Positions 35,755 to 45,459 of a stretch of 59,602 bases of DNA are shown in pieces (the first letter of the stretch is position 1; each line of letters begins with the position of its first letter). The translations under genes and the position numbers were made by a program. The stretch lies in the IMG/VR virus record IMGVR_UViG_3300044695_005052, positions 1 to 59,602 of that record; one strand, given 5' to 3'. This stretch comes from a virus (Duplodnaviria > Caudoviricetes). Below the pieces are notes generated by a model, which saw nothing but the letters and a program-made list of their open reading frames with translations, was not told the origin of the DNA and did no database searches.

Positions 35755-36863
35755 TTTATATACTCTAAAAGTTCAGGAACATTCTCAGGTACACCATTAT
35801 TAAAATGGACTTCCTTCCCATCACCAAATGATCTACCTACTTCAGCATCAATTTTTAATGGAACAGAAAATTCCAAATTAAATACCTTCTTTATTAGAGG
35901 CGTATTTACTAATTGTTCGTAGATAATCTCCAATACTTTTCTGACCTCGTGAGGAGGACAGATTACTTCTAAACTGTCATGCACAGAAGCACAGGGTCTA
36001 GCTTGCAAACCTTTTTGGCTAAACTCTCTACAACAACCTAGTAACCCGCACAATAAAATATCTGATGCAGTACTTTGAATTGTAAAATTTAAACCTTGAC
36101 GAAGTGCCCTGTTTACTACAGTTTGATCTTCTGATCTAACATCAGGTAAATTTCTTCTTCTTCCAAAAATCGTATATGCGTAATGATTCTCCCGGATAAA
36201 TCTATTGACAAACTCCATGTATGAGAAGATTCCGGGGTAAACCTTTCTGTAGTTATCAATGATTTTCTCAGCCCTCTTTAAAGGGATTCCCATAGTCTCA
36301 GACAGGTTGAAGGCTCCGCCTCCATATACAATCAAGAATGATACAGTTTTTGCAATCTGCCGTTCTTCCTTAGAAATATTCTTTTTATTAAACAGGAGTT
36401 CCGCAGTATAAGTATGCAGATCAGCACCTCCTAAGAATGCCTTTTGCATAATCTTCTCTTTGGCAATGTGAGCCAAGACTCTTAGTTCCATGGCTGAGTA
36501 GTCCACGGTTATAAAAGCCCAATCCTTAGGTGCTACGAAGATAGATCTAATATTGTGCTTGGTGTCTCTAGGCAGAGTATGGAAGGATACTCCCATATCT
36601 TCTTTAGCAGAATAGGCTGCACAAGATAGACGGCCTGTAGCAGTTCCATCAAATCTAAAATCAACAAAAACTTTATTTATCCCATTGTATTCAATGGCAG
36701 CTTTTGTTCCTTGGATATAAGTCTTCTCTAGCTTTTCAGACTTACGAAGTTCTAGCAATCCTTCAATGAACTTCTTTGCATCACGCAGTTCTTCAACACT
36801 CTTACTGGATATAACCGATTTGGCAATATCCTTATGTTCTTCACGATTTTTCCACTTTGACAC
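35751..36863 (-). CDS. Family A DNA polymerase, catalytic part (split, part 3; GTG start)
   Basis: TATGRLS, DYSAMELR, RQIAKTVSFLIVYG, NFTIQS, VHDS. Confidence 0.92.
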   Translation of the reverse strand: MSKWKNREEHKDIAKSVISSKSVEELRDAKKFIEGLLELRKSEKLEKTYIQGTKAAIEYNGINKVFVDFRFDGTATGRLSCAAYSAKEDMGVSFHTLPRDTKHNIRSIFVAPKDWAFITVDYSAMELRVLAHIAKEKIMQKAFLGGADLHTYTAELLFNKKNISKEERQIAKTVSFLIVYGGGAFNLSETMGIPLKRAEKIIDNYRKVYPGIFSYMEFVNRFIRENHYAYTIFGRRRNLPDVRSEDQTVVNRALRQGLNFTIQSTASDILLCGLLGCCREFSQKGLQARPCASVHDSLEVICPPHEVRKVLEIIYEQLVNTPLIKKVFNLEFSVPLKIDAEVGRSFGDGKEVHFNNGVPENVPELLEYIK

Positions 36864-37335
36864 GGGATTCTAACTCCTGATTAATGTATTCCAACAACAG
36901 GTTTAGTGTAGGGGCTGAAACAGAGGGAGACCCTTTAGTTGTTTTGTCCGGTGGATAAAGTTCTAAAGCATTCTCCCTAGTGTACAAAATCTCTATTAGA
37001 TTATTATTAGAGGATAGATTATCTGTTTTTTGCACACCTTTACAGGAATAGAGAAAATCTTCAGCTTCTATGTTTGCATCTCGTAAAACTTTACCTACTT
37101 CAGACAGCTTTTGCTCTGATACTAAAATGCCTGCTCCTTCAATCTCTGCAAATTCTTTAATTGAAGGACCAATAATATTATCAAACAAATTGACCATATT
37201 TAACTCTTTCATTTTTTCATATAAGATATGATAGATTTGAAGAGTGTAGTATGCATCTGAGTAATTTCCATTGGCACAGGCTGACAATGAAATATTTTCC
37301 CAATCAAATTTATTTGGGTTTTGAATACCAAGCAT
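36841..37335 (-). CDS. Family A DNA polymerase, ExoIII/thumb part (split, part 2)
   Basis: DAYYT (ExoIII helix), EIEGAGI.V, NLSS..L..ILY, TTKGSPSV. Confidence 0.85.
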   Translation of the reverse strand: MLGIQNPNKFDWENISLSACANGNYSDAYYTLQIYHILYEKMKELNMVNLFDNIIGPSIKEFAEIEGAGILVSEQKLSEVGKVLRDANIEAEDFLYSCKGVQKTDNLSSNNNLIEILYTRENALELYPPDKTTKGSPSVSAPTLNLLLEYINQELESRVKVEKS

Positions 37336-38357
37336 TATAGTTTCTCCAAGTATTCAGGGAAGTACTGTTTCACCAAATCTTTTAGTGCGTTTTTTCCTTC
37401 TTCATTGACCATGTGCGACATCATTTTAGTATCCGCTACCTTATTGATAGTTACGCCATGACGATTCAAAAACTTAAGATCAAATTTAGCATTATGCAAA
37501 ACCTTGATAGCATTATTATTGAGTCCATATCTAACTAAATCAAATACTTCTGCGTGATCAGTGTAATCGTCTACAGAGGTCCAATCAAACTCCTTATGAT
37601 AAATAGGTACGACTGCTGATCTCTCATCAGTCACAATTGCAATGGTCATGATTTTGTCTTTAAGAAAATTTAGACCCGTGGTTTCTATATCCAAAGCAAT
37701 TGGCTTTTGATAAGTCTTCAACCAGTATGCAAAATTGGTCAAATCCTTTATAGATTTAATCAATTCATAGTCCATCTTAGTCTGTTTGACCTTGCCTAGA
37801 ATATGTTTGTTATATCCATTAAGGATATCACTCTCAAATACAGGCTTGTGTCTAGGTTCTTGGATGATTGCATAAGGGTGCAAAACAGGGACTACTACAC
37901 ACTTGTGTCCATTAGGGGACTCAAAATCATAAGAGTTCCCACGCTTATCTGTAATGCCACTCTTTTTAAGTAACATCTTCATAGCTAGATTTCCACACGC
38001 GAAAACAAGCTTTGGTTTAATTTTATCTATCGTAGCATTTAAATGATTGCGGCATGCATTTAAACTAGCAGGATTCATATCCCCATCTTTGACAGATGGG
38101 CATTTAACAGATGCTGCCATCGCAAAAGGATGTTTAAAAACTTCCTTGATTATTTCCTCTTCAGAGTCAGTAAATGCATAAGTCTTTCCAAATCTAGACT
38201 TTAATGAATCTGAGAGGAATAGTACATCACACTGGTCCTGTTGTTCATAATCCAGAACTGCATAGCATGGCTTTGTCTTTGTGAGAATTACGCACCCGCT
38301 ACACAAAGGATTGTCTGGAGCAACCTCCAAACCCTTATAAAGCTTTTCTAGGTCCAT
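37335..38357 (-). CDS. DNA polymerase N-terminal part: UDG-like domain plus 3'-5' exonuclease (split, part 1)
   Basis: CSGC..VKCP..ACR..CG..LHP (family-4 UDG-like); DIETTG, HNAKFD, DT. Confidence 0.88.
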   Translation of the reverse strand: MDLEKLYKGLEVAPDNPLCSGCVILTKTKPCYAVLDYEQQDQCDVLFLSDSLKSRFGKTYAFTDSEEEIIKEVFKHPFAMAASVKCPSVKDGDMNPASLNACRNHLNATIDKIKPKLVFACGNLAMKMLLKKSGITDKRGNSYDFESPNGHKCVVVPVLHPYAIIQEPRHKPVFESDILNGYNKHILGKVKQTKMDYELIKSIKDLTNFAYWLKTYQKPIALDIETTGLNFLKDKIMTIAIVTDERSAVVPIYHKEFDWTSVDDYTDHAEVFDLVRYGLNNNAIKVLHNAKFDLKFLNRHGVTINKVADTKMMSHMVNEEGKNALKDLVKQYFPEYLEKL

Positions 38358-38373
38358 ATAAATATAATAGCCT

Positions 38374-38724
38374 ATGAGCGAAAAGAATTACATAAATAAT
38401 AAAGAATTTGAAAAATTAATTAGAGATTATAAAAAGAATCCTAAAAAATATGAAGATGAGTTAATGGCAAATTTTGATCTGTTAATTAATAATATAATAG
38501 AGTCTTTTAAATTTAAACTAGATAAAGATGATGCAAAGCAAGATTGCTTTGTTCTAATATTAAAAACTCTCCCAAATTTTAATAATAAAAAAGGAACAGC
38601 TTTCAATTATTTCACGACAATAATCGTTCATAATTTAAAGCTGTTGTATACAAAAAATAAGCGGTATGATTCTAAAATTAAAAATTATTTAGAGTCTAAA
38701 AATGATACCCTCAATCAAGATTGA
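38374..38724 (+). CDS. Short gp55-like late sigma factor (region 2 only)
   Basis: NYINNKEF...DDAKQD...NFN..K..AFNYFTTII. Confidence 0.75.
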   Translation: MSEKNYINNKEFEKLIRDYKKNPKKYEDELMANFDLLINNIIESFKFKLDKDDAKQDCFVLILKTLPNFNNKKGTAFNYFTTIIVHNLKLLYTKNKRYDSKIKNYLESKNDTLNQD

Positions 38725-39028
38725 AGTATTCATAAATTTTAGGTAAGTATTTCTCTAAATAAGTTTTATCTTTTCCAACAACTACCAATTGAGGTGTTTT
38801 GACAACTTCATAAATTACAAAGCTGTGCGGCATATGAAAGCTGTCAATAACAAATACCTCTTCACCTAAGTCATCCTTATACTTTTCTTTTAGTTTATCT
38901 ACTAGGATATTACAATGCTTATCCCAAAGTGATATAAACAAAAGATTTATGGTATCCTTGTTCTTTTTTTGGTTTCTGAGAATTTTATTAAGATCGTTTT
39001 CCTTACTCAGAAAAGTTAGCTTAAACAT
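38711..39028 (-). CDS. Thioredoxin-like fold protein lacking CxxC
   Basis: LFISLWDKHC, F.ID, Y.V..TP.LVV. Confidence 0.5.
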   Translation of the reverse strand: MFKLTFLSKENDLNKILRNQKKNKDTINLLFISLWDKHCNILVDKLKEKYKDDLGEEVFVIDSFHMPHSFVIYEVVKTPQLVVVGKDKTYLEKYLPKIYEYFNLD

Positions 39029-39035
39029 ACTAAGA

Positions 39036-39392
39036 TCATTCGTTTGGAGTTTCTTGGAGCTTAACATCACCATCATCTCCTTCGATTACGGAGATTCCAG
39101 AGGCTTCTAACTCAGCTTTATTATCTTTTGCATATTGTTTTATAATCTGAGTTAACTTATCATTCATGGTTTCAACCCCTGTAAGGAAGATAGTCTTTAA
39201 AAAATCATCATCAGATATTTCTTGAGGTTTTACAATCTTAGAAAAGTTTTTGAATGCAAGGGATTGATCCTTGTCCAAATTAATAATCAGTCTCATGTTA
39301 TTACCATCTCTTCGGCTTTGGTGCCGTATTTTCCATCTTGAAAAATCAAAATTGGAGTTTTGGGTTTCATTTATTTTTGCATCAGTGGACAT
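39036..39392 (-). CDS. Hypothetical protein
   Basis: About 118-aa ORF divergent from the resolvase. Confidence 0.6.
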   Translation of the reverse strand: MSTDAKINETQNSNFDFSRWKIRHQSRRDGNNMRLIINLDKDQSLAFKNFSKIVKPQEISDDDFLKTIFLTGVETMNDKLTQIIKQYAKDNKAELEASGISVIEGDDGDVKLQETPNE

Positions 39393-39434
39393 TTCACTGT
39401 CGCTAACACTACTATTATAGTTCAGAGGTATCAT

Positions 39435-39950
39435 ATGTTACAAGATTCTTTCGATCCTAATGTTTTTAAATCGCAATTGTCCAAAAAGAAAAGACTTAAT
39501 AGTCGTTCTAAAGGAAACTCTTTTGAAAGAAAAGTTTGTTCTTTGCTAAATAATAAATTTAATACAACAGAGTTTGCAAGAACTCCCGGATCTGGGGCAT
39601 TTGCTACAATGCATAATCTTCCAGATCATATGAAAATGTTTGGGGATCTTATAACTCCATTAAACTTTAAATTTATTATAGAATGTAAAAAAGGCTATAA
39701 CAAAGCAAATATTTACAGTCTATTTAATAAGAGTTCTGAAGTGTGGGATTTTATAACGAAAGCTGAAAGAGATTCAGTTAGAGCAAAAAAAGATTTTATA
39801 ATTATTTTTCAGCAAGATAGGCAACCAATAATAATTATTTCTAGAAAAAACATATTCCCCAAACTCTATAATACTATAGGGTTTGAGGAATATGAAATAA
39901 ATATACTTGATCAAATACTAGAATTAAATGATTCTTTATTTATTAACTAG
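39435..39950 (+). CDS. Holliday junction resolvase (PD-(D/E)xK, T5 D14-like)
   Basis: SRSKGNSFER, RTPGSG, GDLI, IECK. Confidence 0.85.
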   Translation: MLQDSFDPNVFKSQLSKKKRLNSRSKGNSFERKVCSLLNNKFNTTEFARTPGSGAFATMHNLPDHMKMFGDLITPLNFKFIIECKKGYNKANIYSLFNKSSEVWDFITKAERDSVRAKKDFIIIFQQDRQPIIIISRKNIFPKLYNTIGFEEYEINILDQILELNDSLFIN

Positions 39951-42407
39951 TTTAAATAATTGATTTTGTATCTTAAAAAATTCTTTAAATAACATTAATT
40001 CTTTTTCTATATTTTCTGTCATTGGGATAGAATTTATATCTGGTGTTTGATTTAGTTGTGAAATTACTTGTTTCTTTATTTTAGATGTTAATCCTATGCT
40101 ATTTTTATTAGTTCCAATATTTAAATCCAAGTACATTCCAGCAAATAAAAATTTAGCTCCTGTTCCAGTTACTTCAATTTTTAAATTTCCAGCCTTTCTA
40201 GCTTCTAATAATAAATCAAAAATTTCATTATGCCGTATGACAGAAGTAGACCCATCATCAGCAATAATTGTTTGATACATGTTATCATCTATTGTAGAAC
40301 CGCTAATTAATGTTTGTTTTATTAAATAATCTTCACAAGCTTTTCTTTTTTTAGCATCAGTAGAGGTTAGTAATTTTTGATATTTGTTAATTAAATCAAA
40401 TTTATTTATTTTTGTTGCTATTCTACCGAGTAAATTACTTTCATCTATATATTTTCCAGTTTCATCTTTTTTTAATTTAGATGCTTTTTTAATCATCTTA
40501 ACTATTTCTTTAGCTGATGTGTTTGTTTCTAATGTTCTATCTTTTAATATTTGAGATACTCTTTCTAAAACTTGTTTTGGATCCGCAAAGTCTGGTTTTT
40601 TTCCTGTAGTTAAGTTATACTTAGATGTTATTGTTGATTCAATAGCTTCTCTTGTTGTCTTTAAATCATTATGTATTTCTAAAACTGCATCATAAGATGT
40701 TTGATCTAACCCCATTTTTTGATCTACTAACTGTAAGAATCCTTCTGCTAATCTATTATCTCCTCCATAATTAGGAGTAAATAATTGATCCATTCTATCC
40801 AAACTAGCAATTGATCCTAATGTTATTTCATCTAGTTCTTTATATCTTTTTAGTCCAGAAGAAATTAAATATAATTTAGTGTTATTTGATTTATCTATCA
40901 ATCCACCAGAAGATAACATTGCTTCAAAATCTTTTTGTTCTTGACAAGACATAGCTCCAGCACATCTAGCTTGCACAGCTTGTTTTAAATTTCCTAAAGT
41001 TGTTTCTTGAACTTTTTGGGTTCCTCTTTTCTGTTTAGATAAGTCTGCCATTGCAGCATTTTTATCAGTATAAATAAATTGTCTATCTGGACGATCACCT
41101 GTTTTAGCTGTACCGGGATCAGAAGAATTGTATGCACATGATGCATTTGGAAAAAATCTATTTATTACTCTTGATTGATATAACATTTCTCTCGCTATAA
41201 ATTTTTTCACTTGAACCAAATCATTAACCACTAATGAATCATTTTTAAAAACTTCATTAATAAATGCAGATTCAACATCAGTAGGATCTTCACCTACCAA
41301 TGCTAATTCATCTGCTATAGTTTTTATTGTAGCTATTTTTTCTTGTAAATAACCTGCTACAAATTGTGAAATTTTTCTTTTTTCTTTTAAATCTGATGTT
41401 GAATTATATTTTTTTAAAAGATAATAAAAATCAACTGTAGTCTCAGACAAAGCACCTTTTACTTGGCTTTTTGCTCCGCTATAAATAGTTTCTAATTTTA
41501 CCCTATTTATTTTTTTACAATTTTGCTTTGCCATTTCTATAAGTTGTTTTTCATACTGACCTATTTTTAAAACAACCCCCTCGGAATTTTCTCCAGAACT
41601 AGATTTAAGCAAAAGATGAGGTTCTGCTCCAGCCACATAAAAAATAGAGGATTGGAAAGATTCACACGAAGAATCTTTATTTTTTATAGCAGTATCCACT
41701 AACAGATCGTAAGCATCTGCTGCAATATCAACATTTGCATCCTCTAATTTGTCTTTTACATAACCATTTATTTCAGTATTAAATGTTACTTTTGTTGCAC
41801 GCTGTAATCTTCCATATATCGCAGTATTTGCAGACGAAGTAAATTTTTCTCCTGTGGAAGTTTCTAATCCTGATTTTTTAATATTACAAACTGGGGCATT
41901 AGGATTTTCTTTACAAAAGTTTTGTATTTTTTTAAATGCATTAAGGAGGGTATTTTGTGTTACATTTATTAATGGTACAATAGGTTCTTGTTGTACCAAT
42001 GCTTCAGTAGGCGCGGCTTGTTCTTGTGATGCTTGCTCTTGTTCAGAACCTTGTGATTGTCCCCCTAATAAATTTGCAAACTCAGCAAAGTTCATAGCTC
42101 CTGCGGCACCCGCAGCTTCTACAGGTATACCTTTTCCTTTTCTAAAATCAGGAAATCCATTAAAAACTACTTTACCCGCCGACTTACCTTCTACAGCAAC
42201 CCAAACATAAGAATCAGGTATTTCTTGCACTAATACTTTATTATTTGGAGGTTCTGCACTAGCTGCTGCTTTTGCTCTATTAATATAATCTTCGGCTTTA
42301 ACTTTTAACTGTGGATTTATTTGAGCAGCCTCTTCGATATAAATTAATTTAAATTTCCTTTTTTTTAGATCATCAAAACTATTTAGTAATTGTTTAAAGT
42401 AATCCAT
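39936..42407 (-). CDS. 823-aa unknown protein; possible virion-packaged PD-(D/E)xK-like protein
   Basis: Long ORF; N-terminal LL.SF..LKKR..IEE; SE...GDRPD..F...SGLK.Y pattern. Confidence 0.6.
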   Translation of the reverse strand: MDYFKQLLNSFDDLKKRKFKLIYIEEAAQINPQLKVKAEDYINRAKAAASAEPPNNKVLVQEIPDSYVWVAVEGKSAGKVVFNGFPDFRKGKGIPVEAAGAAGAMNFAEFANLLGGQSQGSEQEQASQEQAAPTEALVQQEPIVPLINVTQNTLLNAFKKIQNFCKENPNAPVCNIKKSGLETSTGEKFTSSANTAIYGRLQRATKVTFNTEINGYVKDKLEDANVDIAADAYDLLVDTAIKNKDSSCESFQSSIFYVAGAEPHLLLKSSSGENSEGVVLKIGQYEKQLIEMAKQNCKKINRVKLETIYSGAKSQVKGALSETTVDFYYLLKKYNSTSDLKEKRKISQFVAGYLQEKIATIKTIADELALVGEDPTDVESAFINEVFKNDSLVVNDLVQVKKFIAREMLYQSRVINRFFPNASCAYNSSDPGTAKTGDRPDRQFIYTDKNAAMADLSKQKRGTQKVQETTLGNLKQAVQARCAGAMSCQEQKDFEAMLSSGGLIDKSNNTKLYLISSGLKRYKELDEITLGSIASLDRMDQLFTPNYGGDNRLAEGFLQLVDQKMGLDQTSYDAVLEIHNDLKTTREAIESTITSKYNLTTGKKPDFADPKQVLERVSQILKDRTLETNTSAKEIVKMIKKASKLKKDETGKYIDESNLLGRIATKINKFDLINKYQKLLTSTDAKKRKACEDYLIKQTLISGSTIDDNMYQTIIADDGSTSVIRHNEIFDLLLEARKAGNLKIEVTGTGAKFLFAGMYLDLNIGTNKNSIGLTSKIKKQVISQLNQTPDINSIPMTENIEKELMLFKEFFKIQNQLFKLVNK

Positions 42408-42428
42408 ATTATATTATAGTTCTAAGGA

Positions 42429-42469
42429 AAAATACCCAATCTAAAATATTTTAGATTGGGTATTTTTTT
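42429..42469. terminator. Bidirectional-type terminator palindrome after the tail tube gene
   Basis: AAAAATACCCAATCTAAAATATTTTAGATTGGGTATTTTT. Confidence 0.8.
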
Positions 42470-42483
42470 AATATTTATTTATT

Positions 42484-43074
42484 TCACTGAGGCTTTGTGA
42501 TAGTTCTTATATCCATAGTATCAAAGGAGAACTTAACATCTATGGTATTAACTGTATTTGATTCAGAGTATTTTTGTTCTGCTATTGCATACTCCATAGG
42601 AAATACTCCCCAGAAGGTTGTTTCAGATATTGGAGTATTTTGCCCACTTAATTGACGCACTATTATCTTAGAAGTTTTAATTGAAGCAATTGATCTAGCT
42701 CCAGTCGCTGGAGTGTAGTATTGTCCAGTTAATGGATTAAAGACTGATTTGATATATTCCCAAAGATGAGCATATTGTGGGATTAATAATTGATTATCGA
42801 ATGTAATTGATAACCCTTCAAATTTCATCTTTCCGGGATATTTAACAATATCATTTACCCTATGGATTTCAACCATGTCTATTTTTGGTCCATAAGCAGT
42901 TACTTTATTAACACCAATCTGTAGATCGCCTTCCTTGTAATCTCCTAGAGCAGGAATATTTCTAAAATCTACTTCAAATTGATATGATCTTATTGCATCA
43001 AGTGAAGTAGAAATTTTTAAAGGTGTTGGGCTTTCTGCATTTATCGCGCCACGGTAGTCAGAATAAGTTGCCAT
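42484..43074 (-). CDS. Tail tube protein (gp19-like)
   Basis: RSYQFEV, KYPGK.F..ITF, W, GVFP; follows the sheath gene. Confidence 0.85.
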   Translation of the reverse strand: MATYSDYRGAINAESPTPLKISTSLDAIRSYQFEVDFRNIPALGDYKEGDLQIGVNKVTAYGPKIDMVEIHRVNDIVKYPGKMKFEGLSITFDNQLLIPQYAHLWEYIKSVFNPLTGQYYTPATGARSIASIKTSKIIVRQLSGQNTPISETTFWGVFPMEYAIAEQKYSESNTVNTIDVKFSFDTMDIRTITKPQ

Positions 43075-43086
43075 ATAATCTCCTTA

Positions 43087-45216
43087 TCAACCTATTTGTG
43101 CTGATTGATTTGTAAGGTTAAGTTCAAAGACTACGATTTCAGCAGTCTTAGTAGGTTTAATTAAAACCTTGCACCACATTTCATTTCTATCAATTCTTAT
43201 TGGAGTGTTTGTTGTGGAGTCGCAAACAACTTTGAATTGTGTAATACCTCTTCTTTGAGCAATGTCAGCGAAGAATGGATTGAGTAAGCTTTCAACTCTT
43301 GCCCAAGTAAACTCATCATTAGGTTCGAATACAAGTCTTCTTGTTGAAGCCAAGATAACCTTTCTAATGTAAATCATCATTCTTCTGATGTTAACTCTAT
43401 CCAAGGCTGAAGGATCTCTTTGGGCTGTTCTTTGACCAAAGATTGTTATACCTTGTTGAGCAAAGTTGACAACAGGGTTTATAACATTTCCGCCACTATA
43501 CATTGTATCTCTATCACCTTGGTTGAGTTTAACTTCAACATCAGTGGGTTTAGTAAGTCTTCCACGGACGAATCCGGCAGGAGCAAACCAAGTTTCTGAT
43601 ACGCTATCAGTGAAAGCCATTTGTCTAGCAGCAAAGATTGTTGGATCATACCAACGATCCTTACCATCGAATGTGCTGAACACTTTCACATGAGGGAAAT
43701 AGATTGCTGCATAAGAACTATTTATGGCAGCAGTTCTTGATCCAGCAGTGCTAGAAGATTTACCATTGGACCAATCTATAGCATCCTGTACTGTTCCTAT
43801 TCCATAAGGAGGAGAAACCAACGCAAGGAAGTTTTGGCTTGTTTCAGCTAATGTAACGAGAGCATTTTGAACGCTTTGATTATAGACTCCGGGGATCAAA
43901 GCAATACTGATGTTTAGTAAATCATCATCTAAAGCATAGAGTCCAGTCTTAGGTTCTGTAGTAGCATCACCTATGAGAACTGTTGCTTTGCCATCAGTTG
44001 ATGCTGGAATTCCATTATCACCACCAGCTAAATCGTAAGTACCCTCTACTGCTTTTACGAAGCGAGACTCTATGCAAGCAGCACCTGTAAATGCTCCGGG
44101 CTGAGTACCTTTTAGATTATCAAAAGATGCGCCAACCAAACCACTCACTTGGCTTGCAAAGTTATTGAGTTTCGTGACCGTTGCAATGTCTCCATTTTCA
44201 GCATACAAGTTTCCTTGGATATACTTAGATGTAGCATTAGTTGCCCCAGTATTAATTACATCTTCTAGGAATGCTCCACTTGCAAATAGTGATGCTTTAA
44301 AGTTTTCAGCTACAGCACCATTCTCATTAATATCTACAGCAAAGTTACCAGCACCCAAACCTCTAATGGTAATTGAGTTTCCACTAGTATCCCCATCAAC
44401 AGTAGTTCCTGCATTGTAGCCTGCTCCGGGATATAAAGTCTCAACTAAGTAAGTTAATCCGCTAGCAGTCAACGCATCAAATGTTGCACCATAAACAGTT
44501 ATGGATGATACTCCAGTTCCAGATGCTCCGAAACTAGTTGATCCAGTAGAGTGTCTAACAGGGAATAGAACCGCAGCCCCTGCCGTTCTTGCAGAAGAAG
44601 TCCAAGAAGTAACACTCAAAGAAGCTCCAGATCCTGCAAAAGACCCAACTAAAGCTCCAGATAATCCTAATCCAGTATCTGAATTGTTATCAAAAACACC
44701 AACAGCGTCCGCATCTAAAGAACCACCTATTACTTTCTTTAATGCTCTAGCTTGGCAAGCACCGGGATCTCCAGCAGTTAAAGTGCCTGATGGTATATTA
44801 AATTGTTTAGCAGAAGCAAATTGTTCTATACCAGCATTATTTTTTACTTGAATATCCAAGTAAATATTTTGTGTTAATCCATATTGATTACCAGAAACAA
44901 TTACGGCTGGGCAAGCTCCAAAAGTAACTGCGACAGAAGCTTCCACTGCTGAAGCTGCTGCTGCTCTAACGAAATACATTGAGTTTGTTGTCTCCAGTAT
45001 TTCTAATGAGCCTTCTAATCCTTGTCCATAGATGTCTTCACTTGGAGGGCCGAAAGTGTCTATTAATTGATTCTGGCTTGTTATTAATGTAGCTTCGTTT
45101 ACTGGTCCTTTGGAGGCGAATCCAACAACACCAACTACGGAACTATTCAGAGATGGCGTGTACTCTGAAAGATCTTTTTCTATGACATATACACCGGGGC
45201 TAACAAAGTTTGGCAT
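43087..45216 (-). CDS. Tail sheath protein (gp18-like)
   Basis: SPGVYVIEKDLS, KGP, WFAPAGFVRG, INPV, GQRT, LDRVNIRR, FEPND. Confidence 0.95.
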   Translation of the reverse strand: MPNFVSPGVYVIEKDLSEYTPSLNSSVVGVVGFASKGPVNEATLITSQNQLIDTFGPPSEDIYGQGLEGSLEILETTNSMYFVRAAAASAVEASVAVTFGACPAVIVSGNQYGLTQNIYLDIQVKNNAGIEQFASAKQFNIPSGTLTAGDPGACQARALKKVIGGSLDADAVGVFDNNSDTGLGLSGALVGSFAGSGASLSVTSWTSSARTAGAAVLFPVRHSTGSTSFGASGTGVSSITVYGATFDALTASGLTYLVETLYPGAGYNAGTTVDGDTSGNSITIRGLGAGNFAVDINENGAVAENFKASLFASGAFLEDVINTGATNATSKYIQGNLYAENGDIATVTKLNNFASQVSGLVGASFDNLKGTQPGAFTGAACIESRFVKAVEGTYDLAGGDNGIPASTDGKATVLIGDATTEPKTGLYALDDDLLNISIALIPGVYNQSVQNALVTLAETSQNFLALVSPPYGIGTVQDAIDWSNGKSSSTAGSRTAAINSSYAAIYFPHVKVFSTFDGKDRWYDPTIFAARQMAFTDSVSETWFAPAGFVRGRLTKPTDVEVKLNQGDRDTMYSGGNVINPVVNFAQQGITIFGQRTAQRDPSALDRVNIRRMMIYIRKVILASTRRLVFEPNDEFTWARVESLLNPFFADIAQRRGITQFKVVCDSTTNTPIRIDRNEMWCKVLIKPTKTAEIVVFELNLTNQSAQIG

Positions 45217-45228
45217 AATTATCTCCTA

Positions 45229-45405
45229 TCAAGCGTTAACTATTTTGAGTATTCTTTTTTTTGCTAAATTTAATACTTGTTCGGTGATGTAATGGTCAGG
45301 AACAACTACACCTTCTCCGGGTTTTAACCATCTTTCATCACAACCTTTTTCAGTTGAGAAGAATATGGTAAATGATTGCAAGCTTGTGTTTTTTACTAGT
45401 TTCAT
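45229..45405 (-). CDS. 58-aa hypothetical protein
   Basis: Hand translation MKLVKNTSLQSFTIFF...LKPGE...; AGGAG SD. Confidence 0.65.
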   Translation of the reverse strand: MKLVKNTSLQSFTIFFSTEKGCDERWLKPGEGVVVPDHYITEQVLNLAKKRILKIVNA

Positions 45406-45459
45406 AATTAACTCTCCTGATTATGTACTCTAATACAAATTATTTTTAGAAATATTTTT

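Noticed and set aside
35751-38357. Stop-codon reassignment or introns explaining the split polymerase
   Set aside because: Parts are in different frames and overlap with no intervening sequence; other genes are intact in code 11 and no suppressor tRNA is seen
37335-38357. UDG domain as a sign of uracil-containing DNA
   Set aside because: ThyX is present and the UDG catalytic motif looks degenerate
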